Part shown: positions 19,481 to 27,964 of the stretch, piece after piece | Layout of the letters: the number at the start of each line of letters is the position of its first letter | Numbering within the stretch: the stretch's first letter is position 1 | NCBI GenBank assembly: GCA_030744725.1 | Contig: JASLPZ010000001.1 | Coordinates: 18,882 to 82,881, forward strand | Length of the DNA: 64,000 nucleotides | DNA from: Pirellulaceae bacterium | GTDB lineage: Bacteria > Planctomycetota > Planctomycetia > Pirellulales > Pirellulaceae | Reading direction: 5' to 3' | Made by a program: the position numbers and the translations under genes | Notes under the pieces: generated by a model | The model's input: the letters and a program-made list of their open reading frames with translations, nothing else | Database searches by the model: none | What the model was told of the DNA's origin: nothing

Positions 19481-20776
19481 GTGGCGGGAACTTGTGTAAT
19501 TGGACTGCAATGGGGAGACGAAGCCAAAGGCAAGCTCGTCGACCTGCTGACCACTCATTTCGAAATCGTTGTCCGTTTTTTGGGTGGCGCGAACGCGGGC
19601 CATACGGTCGTGGTTGGCGACGATGTCTACAAATTACACCATATCCCCAGCGGGATTCTCAATCCCAAGGCGATCAATGTGGTCACACCGGGGGTGGTCA
19701 TCAACCCTGCGACGATTTTGAAGGAGATTGACGCGCTGACGGCGCGGAACATCAAAGTCGCCGAAAACCTACTGCTCAGCGACCGCGCTCATATCGTCTG
19801 TCCTTGGCATATCGCCGAGGATCGTCTGATGGATGGCGAGCCCGTCAGCGGTGAGAGCATCGGTACGACGCTCCGCGGCATTGGCCCCTGCTATCGAGAC
19901 AAGGTCGGGCGGTCCTTCGCGATTCGGCTCGGAGATCTGTTTCGCGATGACTTTCGCCAGAAAGTCGCCAGGATTGTCGAAACCAAACGTCGACTTCTTT
20001 CTGGCCTGGCTGAGAATACCGACTTGTCTGACGCGCTGGACACGGACGCGATCTGTGATGAATACGAAGGATATGCCAAACGGCTGAAGCAGTACGTCAC
20101 TGACACCACGCCTTACTTGCTCGATGCGATCGAAGCTGACAAACGGTTGCTGTTCGAGGGCGCTCAGGGTGCGTTGCTGGACATCGACCACGGCACATTT
20201 CCCTTCGTGACCAGCAGCAACAGTTCGGGCGTTGGCGTGGCAGCAGGATCTGGAGTACCACCACGTTGTATCGACCGTGTGATCGGCGTAGCAAAGTCCT
20301 ACACGACTCGCGTGGGTGGCGGTCCCTTTCCGACCGAACAAGACAACGAACACGGTCAACGGATTCGTGATTTGGGTAATGAATACGGTACGACCACCGG
20401 AAGACCGCGGCGTTGCGGTTGGCTCGACGCGGTCGCGGTGCGATACGCGGCACGGTTGAGCGGTGTGGACGACATCGCGTTGATGATGATGGACGTGTTG
20501 AGCCAGCTGCCCGAAATCAAAATCTGCACCTCTTACGATCTGGATGGCGAACAAATCGACCATTTCCCCAGCCACGTGGATGACTTACGTCGCGTGAAAC
20601 CTGTTTACGAAACGTGGCCAGGCTGGAACACCGATGTCACGGGAGTCCGCACCTATGCGGGGCTGCCGGACGGCGCCAAGCGTTACTTGGACCGCGTCAC
20701 CGAACTAGTCGGCAGGCCGGTCGATATCGTCTCGGTCGGGCCAGATCGCGAACAGACGATTTTTGTGAATGAGTAG
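19481..20776 (+). CDS. purA: adenylosuccinate synthase
   Basis: GTG start. Motifs [20 protein letters not shown] and [10 protein letters not shown] are present; 431 aa. Confidence 0.95.
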   Translation: MAGTCVIGLQWGDEAKGKLVDLLTTHFEIVVRFLGGANAGHTVVVGDDVYKLHHIPSGILNPKAINVVTPGVVINPATILKEIDALTARNIKVAENLLLSDRAHIVCPWHIAEDRLMDGEPVSGESIGTTLRGIGPCYRDKVGRSFAIRLGDLFRDDFRQKVARIVETKRRLLSGLAENTDLSDALDTDAICDEYEGYAKRLKQYVTDTTPYLLDAIEADKRLLFEGAQGALLDIDHGTFPFVTSSNSSGVGVAAGSGVPPRCIDRVIGVAKSYTTRVGGGPFPTEQDNEHGQRIRDLGNEYGTTTGRPRRCGWLDAVAVRYAARLSGVDDIALMMMDVLSQLPEIKICTSYDLDGEQIDHFPSHVDDLRRVKPVYETWPGWNTDVTGVRTYAGLPDGAKRYLDRVTELVGRPVDIVSVGPDREQTIFVNE

Positions 20777-20816
20777 CTGAATTTCATTGACACATCCAGT
20801 TCCCTTTCGTGTGGCC

Positions 20817-21572
20817 ATGTCTGATCGATCCGCTGCGACTGCCGCCGCCGAACTAAGTGTCGACGCAGAACGTCGTCCACGGCATATCGCCGTGATCATG
20901 GACGGCAACGGTCGCTGGGCGCAACGGCAAGACCTACCACGGATCGAGGGACATCGGCAAGGTGTCGCCAGCGTGCGACGGACCGTCGAAGAATGCTCGC
21001 GTCTGGACATCGAGCAACTCACGTTGTACTGCCTGTCCAGCGAAAACTGGAAGCGGCCGCAAACCGAGCTCGACTTCCTCATGCACTTGTTGGAACAGTA
21101 CATGATCGAAGAACGCACTACGATCATGGATCAGGAAATACGAGTGCGCATCATCGGGCGGCGCGACGGAATTCCAGATCGTGTTCTTCACGAGATGGAT
21201 AAGACGATCGAGTTGAGTGCTGCCAACCAAGGCACGCTGCTGTGCCTGGCAATCAACTACGGCGGTCGTGCCGAGATGATCGATGCGATCAAACGCATCG
21301 CTTTCGAAGTCCAGCAACAATCGCTGCAGCCAGAAGACATTTCCGAAGATTTGCTGGCCGACTACTTGGACACTGCCGGCATGCCGGATCCCGACCTGCT
21401 CGTTCGCACTGCAGGTGAAATGCGAATCAGCAATTTTCTATTGTGGCAAATCAGTTATGCGGAAATCTGGGTGACCGACAAGTGTTGGCCCGAATTCCGA
21501 GTGAGTGATTTGCATGATGCGATCCGCGACTACGCGGCCCGCGATCGACGCTTTGGCGGACTGGCCAGGTAA
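20817..21572 (+). CDS. uppS: isoprenyl transferase (undecaprenyl-diphosphate synthase)
   Basis: HIAVIMDGNGRWAQRQDLPRIEGHRQG and RTAGEMRISNFLLWQISYAE match the family. ATG 20817 is preferred over the TTG at 20787 used in the track. Confidence 0.92.
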   Translation: MSDRSAATAAAELSVDAERRPRHIAVIMDGNGRWAQRQDLPRIEGHRQGVASVRRTVEECSRLDIEQLTLYCLSSENWKRPQTELDFLMHLLEQYMIEERTTIMDQEIRVRIIGRRDGIPDRVLHEMDKTIELSAANQGTLLCLAINYGGRAEMIDAIKRIAFEVQQQSLQPEDISEDLLADYLDTAGMPDPDLLVRTAGEMRISNFLLWQISYAEIWVTDKCWPEFRVSDLHDAIRDYAARDRRFGGLAR

Positions 21573-21583
21573 AGGGGATCGAT

Positions 21584-22495
21584 GTGCTGCGTATGCGGCT
21601 GCTGTTTGCGATGTTGATCCTCATACCACTGCTTGGTTTGCTGGTCGCAGATTTCCTCTTCAATGGCGGCGTGCCGGGCGTGTGGCTCGCACCGGTCAGT
21701 CTGATGATCTCATGGGTCGCTTCGGCCGAGATCCTGGACTTGCTGCGAAACAAGAAACACGACGTTGCCAGTTGGAGCGTTTACACCGGCGTCACCTTGA
21801 TCCTCGTCGGGGCCTTCGCGCCGATGGCTTGGCAACTGGTGGGTGCGGTATATCCCATCGATTGTCCGCTGGCGGGCATGGGGTTGCCGATGTCCGCCGC
21901 CACGGCGGCCTTGGCAATTGTGTTTGTCGCCGAGATGCGTCGCTACCGCCAACCCGGTGGCGTGATCGTGAACGTCGCGTTGGCCACATTCGCGATCATG
22001 TACATTGGTTTGCTGATGAGTTTCGTTGTCAAGTTGAGGATGTTCCACGACAACGCGTGGGGGATGGCCGCGCTGGTGTCGCTGGTGTTTGTTGCGAAGT
22101 GGTCCGACGTGGGTGCCTACACCTGCGGCCGAATGTTTGGTCGGAACAAATTGGCGCCGCTTTTGAGCCCGAACAAGACGATTGAAGGCGCCGTCGGAGG
22201 CGTTGTCTTTGCCGCCGTTGCGGCTGCCGTATTCTTTTACGGCCTGGTCCCATTGATCGTCAGTGCCGACGCTCGTGTTCCAGCCTGGTGGGGTTGCCTT
22301 GTCTATGGAGTCGTGATTGCACTTGCCGGCATCATCGGCGACCTCAGTGAATCGCTGCTCAAACGAGACATGGAACGCAAAGATTCCAGCCGTTGGCTGC
22401 CAGGGTTGGGCGGCGTGTTGGACATACTCGATTCGGTCCTGATGGCAGCTCCACCGGCGTATCTGTGCTGGGTTGCTGGACTGGTTGGGCCTTGA
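21584..22495 (+). CDS. cdsA: phosphatidate cytidylyltransferase
   Basis: Polytopic 303-aa ORF with the CdsA signature SDVGAYTCGRMFGRNKLAPLLSPNKTIEGAVGG. It is adjacent to uppS, as in many bacteria. Confidence 0.9.
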   Translation: MLRMRLLFAMLILIPLLGLLVADFLFNGGVPGVWLAPVSLMISWVASAEILDLLRNKKHDVASWSVYTGVTLILVGAFAPMAWQLVGAVYPIDCPLAGMGLPMSAATAALAIVFVAEMRRYRQPGGVIVNVALATFAIMYIGLLMSFVVKLRMFHDNAWGMAALVSLVFVAKWSDVGAYTCGRMFGRNKLAPLLSPNKTIEGAVGGVVFAAVAAAVFFYGLVPLIVSADARVPAWWGCLVYGVVIALAGIIGDLSESLLKRDMERKDSSRWLPGLGGVLDILDSVLMAAPPAYLCWVAGLVGP

Positions 22496-22626
22496 GGGAG
22501 CCACTCCCGGAACTGGCCGACGCTGTATCACAAAATGGGGATCAATCCAAACCTACGACAGTCCACGATCTTACAGGCCGCCCGCGATATCTGGTCGACG
22601 ACGACCATCTGCCGATGCGGGAATTG

Positions 22627-22757
22627 ATTTAGCGAGGCCGTGACTTGGGCCGGCACGAGCTATCGTTCGGTTGCAGTGACCCGCTCCCCGACCAACCTGC
22701 GGTCGGTGCCCGTCGCTGAAGCCTCGACTCATTTGTAAAGTAGGACCTGATACAAGC
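22627..22757 (+). repeat. family-C intergenic repeat, copy 2 (~130 bp)
   Basis: Reverse-complement match to 784..913 (115/131 identical by manual alignment). It lies between cdsA and rpsD. Confidence 0.85.
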
Positions 22758-22841
22758 TTTCAAGTCTTCATTCCGTGTCTTCCGTGGGCGTTTATTGACG
22801 GCCAGGTTGGGCGGATTGATCTGGATACGGGCGAAACCCCC

Positions 22842-22870
22842 TTGCCAGCCTTGAGTGATTCCGTAAAAAT
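22842..22870 (+). promoter_or_regulatory. candidate promoter of rpsD
   Basis: TTGCCA (22842..22847), 16-17 nt spacer, TAAAAAT (22864..22870), about 65 nt upstream of the rpsD ATG. The ATG is preceded by TAGGAG. Confidence 0.4.
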
Positions 22871-22935
22871 GGGCGATTCCCTGAATTGTTTAGGACCCCG
22901 GCGTAGATGCCACCGACTTTTAGGAGCGTTACCGG

Positions 22936-23544
22936 ATGGCTCGTTATCATGGCCCCAAGGCGAGAGTCAATCGTCGACTTAAAGCTCAAGTTTACGAAGA
23001 TAGCGGCGCGCGGCGCGCCACGGATCGTCGCGACAATCCTCCGGGTATGCACACGCGCCCACGGCGTCCGTCGAACTATGGGCTGGCGTTGGCCGAAAAG
23101 CAAAAGATCAAGCATTACTATGGCTTGGGCGAGCGGCAGTTGCGACGTTACTTTGGCGATGTCTCTCACAAGAAAGGCAACACCGGCGAACTGTTGATGA
23201 TGATGTGCGAGGGGCGTTTCGATAACGTGCTCCGACGGGCCGGTGTGGCGAAGACACGCCCGCAAGCTCGGCAAGGCATCACACACGGCCATTTCTATAT
23301 CAACGGCGTCAAGGTGACCAAGCCGTCATATCAAATGAGCCCCGGCGACGTGATCACCGTTCGAAACAAAGAAAAAATCCAGCATCTGTATCAGTTTACG
23401 AGTCAGGAAGCTAGCGCCGAGCCAGTCGATTGGGTCACGTTCGACCCGGAGACGCTTCGTGCGACCGTGCAGGGATTACCGGGCCCAAGCGATATCAGCC
23501 TGCCCGTCGACGTAAATATCGTGATCGAATTCATGTCGCGCTAA
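22936..23544 (+). CDS. rpsD: 30S ribosomal protein S4
   Basis: MARYHGPKARVNRRL..., 202 aa, with the S4 RNA-binding domain (RFDNVLRRAGVAKTRPQARQGITHGHFYINGVKV). Confidence 0.95.
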   Translation: MARYHGPKARVNRRLKAQVYEDSGARRATDRRDNPPGMHTRPRRPSNYGLALAEKQKIKHYYGLGERQLRRYFGDVSHKKGNTGELLMMMCEGRFDNVLRRAGVAKTRPQARQGITHGHFYINGVKVTKPSYQMSPGDVITVRNKEKIQHLYQFTSQEASAEPVDWVTFDPETLRATVQGLPGPSDISLPVDVNIVIEFMSR

Positions 23545-23575
23545 CGCGACTCTCCCGCGAAGACGATTCAAATTG

Positions 23576-23603
23576 ACGGTAACAGCTAGAATGCTGTTGC
23601 CGT
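23576..23603 (+). terminator. hairpin downstream of rpsD (possible terminator)
   Basis: ACGGTAACAGC - TAGAAT - GCTGTTGCCGT: an 11-bp stem with one G-U pair, 31 nt after the rpsD stop. It is followed by a T-containing but not T-rich tract. Confidence 0.45.
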
Positions 23604-23659
23604 CAGTTCGGTTCTTGCGAAACATCTTTACGCCAATTCCGTCGGGCGGCAGCCGAGCG

Positions 23660-23758
23660 GTAACCCGAAGCGCGAGCGAGGAACAGCACACAGTAACCCG
23701 AAGCATGAGCGAGGAACGGCACTCAATTCCTTGCTCACGCTCTCGCGCTTCTGGTTAC
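23660..23758. repeat. family-D local triple repeat (two direct copies plus one inverted copy)
   Basis: GTAACCCGAAGCGCGAGCGAGGAAC (23660..23684) and GTAACCCGAAGCATGAGCGAGGAAC (23693..23717) are direct copies. An imperfect inverted copy, TTCCTTGCTCACGCTCTCGCGCTTCTGGTTAC, lies at 23727..23758. Confidence 0.8.
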
Positions 23759-23812
23759 GATCGGTTGTCCAACAAAGTCGCAATTCTCAAAATCAACGGA
23801 CGAAGGGATGCA

Positions 23813-25240
23813 ATGCACACACAACTCGCCGTTCTGGGGGGAGGGCCTGGCGGTTACGCGGCAGCCTTTCTCGCCGCTGATGAAGGCATGGATGTTACGC
23901 TGGTCGAGATGGAGCCCCGGTTGGGCGGAACGTGCCTGCTGCGCGGCTGCGTTCCATCCAAGGCCCTTCTGCATGTCGCACGGGTGATCAGTGAAGTCGA
24001 GGAACTCAGTGCGGACTGGGGTGTCACCTACAACGCACCTAAGATCGATATCGATAAAGTTCGCGCTCGCAAAGACAAGATCATTTCGACGCTGGCCGGA
24101 GGACTCAAGCAACTCGCTAAACGACGCAAGGTGACCGTCATCAACGCTCGCGGCATCCTCGAAGACGCTAAGACTCTGCTTCTGAAGGGTGATCACAAGT
24201 CGATCCCTGAAGGCGGCAAACTGACGTTCGACAAGTTGATCTTGGCGACTGGCTCGATGCCTGCGATGCCGGTCACTTTTAACATCGGCTCGCCGCGCGT
24301 CCTGAATTCCACGGGCGCACTCGAATTGGCCGATCTGCCCGACACCATGCTAGTGATTGGCGGCGGCTACATCGGTTTGGAAATGGGCACGGTCTACGCT
24401 CAGCTTGGATCTAAGGTCAGCGTGGTAGAGCTGACCGACGGCTTACTACCGGGTGCCGATCGCGATCTGGTCAAGCCATTGGAGCGGCGACTCAAAGGGC
24501 TGTTTGAAGATCACATTTTCTTGAACACCAAAGTCGGCTCGATTTGCGACGTCGGCGAAGCGGTCGAGGTCACCTTCGAGGGACCGGGGAAATTCGGTGT
24601 CGAGCGATTTGATCGTGTATTGGTTTCGGTAGGGCGCCAGCCCAGTTCGCAAGGTCTCGGTTTGGAAAACACCAGAATGCAGGTCGACCAGCATGGCTTC
24701 ATCCAATGTGACCAACAGCAGCGAACAGCCGAAGAAAATATTTTTGCGATTGGTGATGTCGCTGGCCAGCCGATGCTGGCGCACAAGGCTACGCACGAGG
24801 CCAAAGTCGCGGTGGAGGTGGCCTTGGGAAAATCGGTTGAATTCGACAAGGTCGCCATTCCCGCCGTCGTCTTCACAGATCCCGAAATCGCTTGGGCTGG
24901 CATGACCGAGGAACAGGCCAAACGCGAAGGACGCGAATACCAGGCAGCCATTTATCCCTGGGCGGCCAGTGGTCGAGCGCAAGCGATCGGCCGAACGGAT
25001 GGCCTGACCAAATGGCTGATTGATCCCAAAACGAGCCGCGTGCTCGGCTGCGGACTGGTGGGGGTGGGAGCTGGTGAGTTGATTGCCGAGGCGGTCCTAG
25101 CAATCGAAATGGGATGTGAAGTCCGAGACCTGACCGAGTCGATCCACCCGCATCCGACGCTCAGTGAAACGCTGATGAATGCCGGCGAGGTCTTTTTTGG
25201 CACTGCGACGGAAATCTATAAGCCGAAGCGTTCTAAATGA
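23813..25240 (+). CDS. lpdA: dihydrolipoyl dehydrogenase (E3)
   Basis: The start is placed at MHTQLAVLGGGPGGYAAAF (ATG 23813). Redox-active GGTCLLRGCVPSK and C-terminal HPHPTLSE are present. The 80 upstream codons of the track ORF run through the family-D repeats. Confidence 0.93.
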   Translation: MHTQLAVLGGGPGGYAAAFLAADEGMDVTLVEMEPRLGGTCLLRGCVPSKALLHVARVISEVEELSADWGVTYNAPKIDIDKVRARKDKIISTLAGGLKQLAKRRKVTVINARGILEDAKTLLLKGDHKSIPEGGKLTFDKLILATGSMPAMPVTFNIGSPRVLNSTGALELADLPDTMLVIGGGYIGLEMGTVYAQLGSKVSVVELTDGLLPGADRDLVKPLERRLKGLFEDHIFLNTKVGSICDVGEAVEVTFEGPGKFGVERFDRVLVSVGRQPSSQGLGLENTRMQVDQHGFIQCDQQQRTAEENIFAIGDVAGQPMLAHKATHEAKVAVEVALGKSVEFDKVAIPAVVFTDPEIAWAGMTEEQAKREGREYQAAIYPWAASGRAQAIGRTDGLTKWLIDPKTSRVLGCGLVGVGAGELIAEAVLAIEMGCEVRDLTESIHPHPTLSETLMNAGEVFFGTATEIYKPKRSK

Positions 25241-25513
25241 GTCGGCAGCGATGTACGCCCAGCAGTGCGGTAAGCTGCCACCAGGGAGCGTGAGCGACAC
25301 TGTTTCGGCACCGCCTCTGGCCGCAACAAAAGAAGGTCCTCGAACACCACAAAGTAGCCATCTTGCTCCGTCGGGATGAGCCTAATGGGTGAACGGTGGA
25401 GCAGCAATTCGACTCCAGTCGCATCATGACGTCAGGCGAGGAAGGCTCATCCCGGCCCCTTGCAAAGTGATTACATTACAGCGAGATGGCTGACTGCATC
25501 CTATGATCCAAGC

Positions 25514-27811
25514 TCATTTTTGCGACACGATTCGCCAGCAGCGATGGATGCGTCGATTTCGAAAGTCCTCGGGGACAGTCTGTTTGCTGATCTCGTGAAT
25601 CTGCGCCGAAGCGATGCTGTCCGCGTCCAGTTTGAAACGTCGAAAATTGTTTGAAAAGAAAACGAGCCCTTGCGGGTTCATCTGCCCAAGCACGGCGTTT
25701 AGCAGTGCAACATGATCACGTTGAAGGTCCCAGTCTTCCTCGGTACGTTTGCTATTGGAGAATGTCGGAGGATCGACGACGGCCAGATCGTAGGTCTCAC
25801 CGGTTGCCAGTTGTTGCAGAAACTGCCGAGCGTCGCTGCGAATAAACAGATGCTGACCGCCACGGAATTCATTCAACGACATATTGCGACGGGCCCAGTC
25901 GAGATTTGACCGTGAAAGGTCGACCGTCGTCGTGTGCACCGCGCCGCCGCTGGCGGCGTACACACTGAACGAACCGGTGTAGCCGAACAGGTTGAGGAAC
26001 CTGGTATCGGTGGCTGCCTCGCGGACCATCTGCCGGGTCGTGCGATGGTCCAGGAATAAGCCCGTATCAATATAGTCCGAAAGATTCACGATAAACTTCA
26101 AGCCGCCCTCCTTCACCGTGACTTCGTGGTGACGATCGGACACTTGTTCGTGTTGCTTAATCCCGCGCTGGCGTTGGCGACTCTTAAAAAACACGTTACC
26201 TCGTTTGACGTCCAACGCGTCGCTGGCCGTTTGCTGCATGAGATCGAGCCAATCTGCATGTTGCGCGGCATCACGATCGTGCGGTCGTTCATACTCGGTG
26301 ATGTGTAAATGATCTTCGTAGCAATCGACGATCAGCGGAATCTCGGGGATGTCGCGTTCGTACAAACGAAAACAAGTGATCCCTTGTCGAGTTGGCCAGC
26401 GCCGCAGATGCCGCGCCCGCTTCTTCAGACGACTACGAAACAGTTCGGCTTGTTCTCTCGCCTTGGCGTTGACTCCGCCGAAGACTGGGATGAGCTCGGG
26501 GCGCATCGGCTGCGGTGTTTGCATTGCGCCGGCCACCTCGACTTGATTGGAACGAGGGGGTCGGGAGTCTCTTTCAGGCGTAGCTCGTTTCAAAGTAGAA
26601 AGAATGTCATCCGAAAGAGACTCCCGACCCCTTTCAGCAATCTCAGTGACAGGGGCATCGGGATCGGTCACTCGTGCCCGCCCTGGCCGTGGTCCGTGAA
26701 ACTGAAAGTAGGTGCACTGGATCCGCCCGTTGTACAGCTTACGTCGCCGGTCTGCCGAGCGACCAATTAGTGATTCGAACCTCGGATACGCCGTCAAGAT
26801 GTAATGCGACCACGTCGGTAACTTCCGCAAGACTAACGGAATCGACTCGTACAACGACTCCCATTGCTCATGATCGCCAAGGCGTTCGCCGTACGGAGGA
26901 TTCGTAATCACGCAGCCGTATGATCGTTTGCTAGTCAGGCGATCAAACGGGCGCACTTGAAAATGCGTTTGATCGGCAACACCGGCTTGTTCAGCATTAA
27001 AGCGTGCGATTTCCAAAACCTCTGGATCGATGTCGGTGCCCATCAGGCGTTCGGGAAGGTCCGGCAGCGCGATGTCGCGTGCTTCGGTTCGGGCATCTCT
27101 CCAAATCTGGGGATCAATGTCAGGCCACTCTTCCGCCGCAAAACTGCGGTTCAAGCCTGGTGCGATGTTACGACCGATCATGGCCGCTTCGATGGGGATC
27201 GTGCCACTTCCGCAGAACGGATCGATCAGCGTGCGTTCGGGGCGCCAAAAGCTCAGTTGAATCAGCGCTGCCGCCATGGTCTCTTTCAACGGCGCCGTCG
27301 CAGCGAATTGGCGGTACCCTCGCTTGTGGAGGCTGGGGCCCGTCGTGTCGATTGTCAGCGTCGCGACATTTTCGAGCAAGGCGATTTCAATCTTGTACAT
27401 CGGCCCGGATTCAGGCAGTTCTGACGTACGATGAGCGGCCAGCAGGCTTTCGGCCACAGCTTTTTTCACGGCACGTTGGCACGCCGGGACACTGGACAAC
27501 TGAGAACGCACGGACCGTCCGATGACGGGAAACGACGCCTCCGTACCGATCCATCTGTCCCAGGCAATCGCTTTGGTCGTATCGAAGAGCGCGTCGAAAT
27601 CCTCGGCTGGAAAGGACGCCATCCGCACCAACACCCGATCTGCCGTACGGAGCCACAAATTCGTGCGGCAGATCGCGGCGTCATCCGCCGAAAAGAGAAT
27701 GCGACCAGGACCGACAATGGTCCCCTCATAGCCAAGTGCTTTAAGCTCTCGGCGGACAACGGCTTCCAACCCAAACGCGGTCGTTGCGATCAAATCCAGA
27801 GGAGCATTCAT
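25514..27811 (-). CDS. rlmKL: bifunctional 23S rRNA m2G/m7G methyltransferase RlmKL
   Basis: The start is placed at MNAPLDLIATTAFGLEAV (ATG 27811). The N-terminal half has a THUMP-like region and ITNPPYGERLG. The C-terminal half has FRLYERDIPEIPLIVDCY and LNLFGYTGSFSVYAA. This is the same two-module architecture as E. coli RlmL/RlmKL. Confidence 0.85.
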   Translation of the reverse strand: MNAPLDLIATTAFGLEAVVRRELKALGYEGTIVGPGRILFSADDAAICRTNLWLRTADRVLVRMASFPAEDFDALFDTTKAIAWDRWIGTEASFPVIGRSVRSQLSSVPACQRAVKKAVAESLLAAHRTSELPESGPMYKIEIALLENVATLTIDTTGPSLHKRGYRQFAATAPLKETMAAALIQLSFWRPERTLIDPFCGSGTIPIEAAMIGRNIAPGLNRSFAAEEWPDIDPQIWRDARTEARDIALPDLPERLMGTDIDPEVLEIARFNAEQAGVADQTHFQVRPFDRLTSKRSYGCVITNPPYGERLGDHEQWESLYESIPLVLRKLPTWSHYILTAYPRFESLIGRSADRRRKLYNGRIQCTYFQFHGPRPGRARVTDPDAPVTEIAERGRESLSDDILSTLKRATPERDSRPPRSNQVEVAGAMQTPQPMRPELIPVFGGVNAKAREQAELFRSRLKKRARHLRRWPTRQGITCFRLYERDIPEIPLIVDCYEDHLHITEYERPHDRDAAQHADWLDLMQQTASDALDVKRGNVFFKSRQRQRGIKQHEQVSDRHHEVTVKEGGLKFIVNLSDYIDTGLFLDHRTTRQMVREAATDTRFLNLFGYTGSFSVYAASGGAVHTTTVDLSRSNLDWARRNMSLNEFRGGQHLFIRSDARQFLQQLATGETYDLAVVDPPTFSNSKRTEEDWDLQRDHVALLNAVLGQMNPQGLVFFSNNFRRFKLDADSIASAQIHEISKQTVPEDFRNRRIHRCWRIVSQK
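26557..26630. repeat. family-B palindromic repeat, copy 2, located inside the rlmKL reading frame
   Basis: Perfect 18-bp inverted repeat GGGGTCGGGAGTCTCTTT (26557..26574) / AAAGAGACTCCCGACCCC (26613..26630) with a 38-nt loop. On the minus strand it is translated as ERGRESLSDDILSTLKRATPERDSRP. Confidence 0.9.
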
Positions 27812-27964
27812 GCGCGTTTGTGCTGAGCGGACTTCGGGGCGTGGAGTGAGTTCATGTTCCCAGCGCGGGACCAGATCGACAACCGTGCAGCATGCCGCTT
27901 TCGACAAGTTTGACGATTCTCGAGAATCTGAGCCGTGCCCCATAAAAACTAGCGAGATACAGCG

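Noticed and set aside
22393-22632. 79-aa plus-strand ORF ending at the edge of the family-C repeat
   Set aside because: It overlaps the 3' end of cdsA in another frame and has no motif. The similarity of its stop-codon region to the fusA stop region is explained by the repeat itself.
25372-25454. Checked as a tRNA or tmRNA-like gene because of the TTCGACTCC string
   Set aside because: No acceptor, D, anticodon or T stems can be drawn. The TTCGACTCC string is not flanked by a 5-bp T-stem, and there is no CCA-proximal acceptor pairing.
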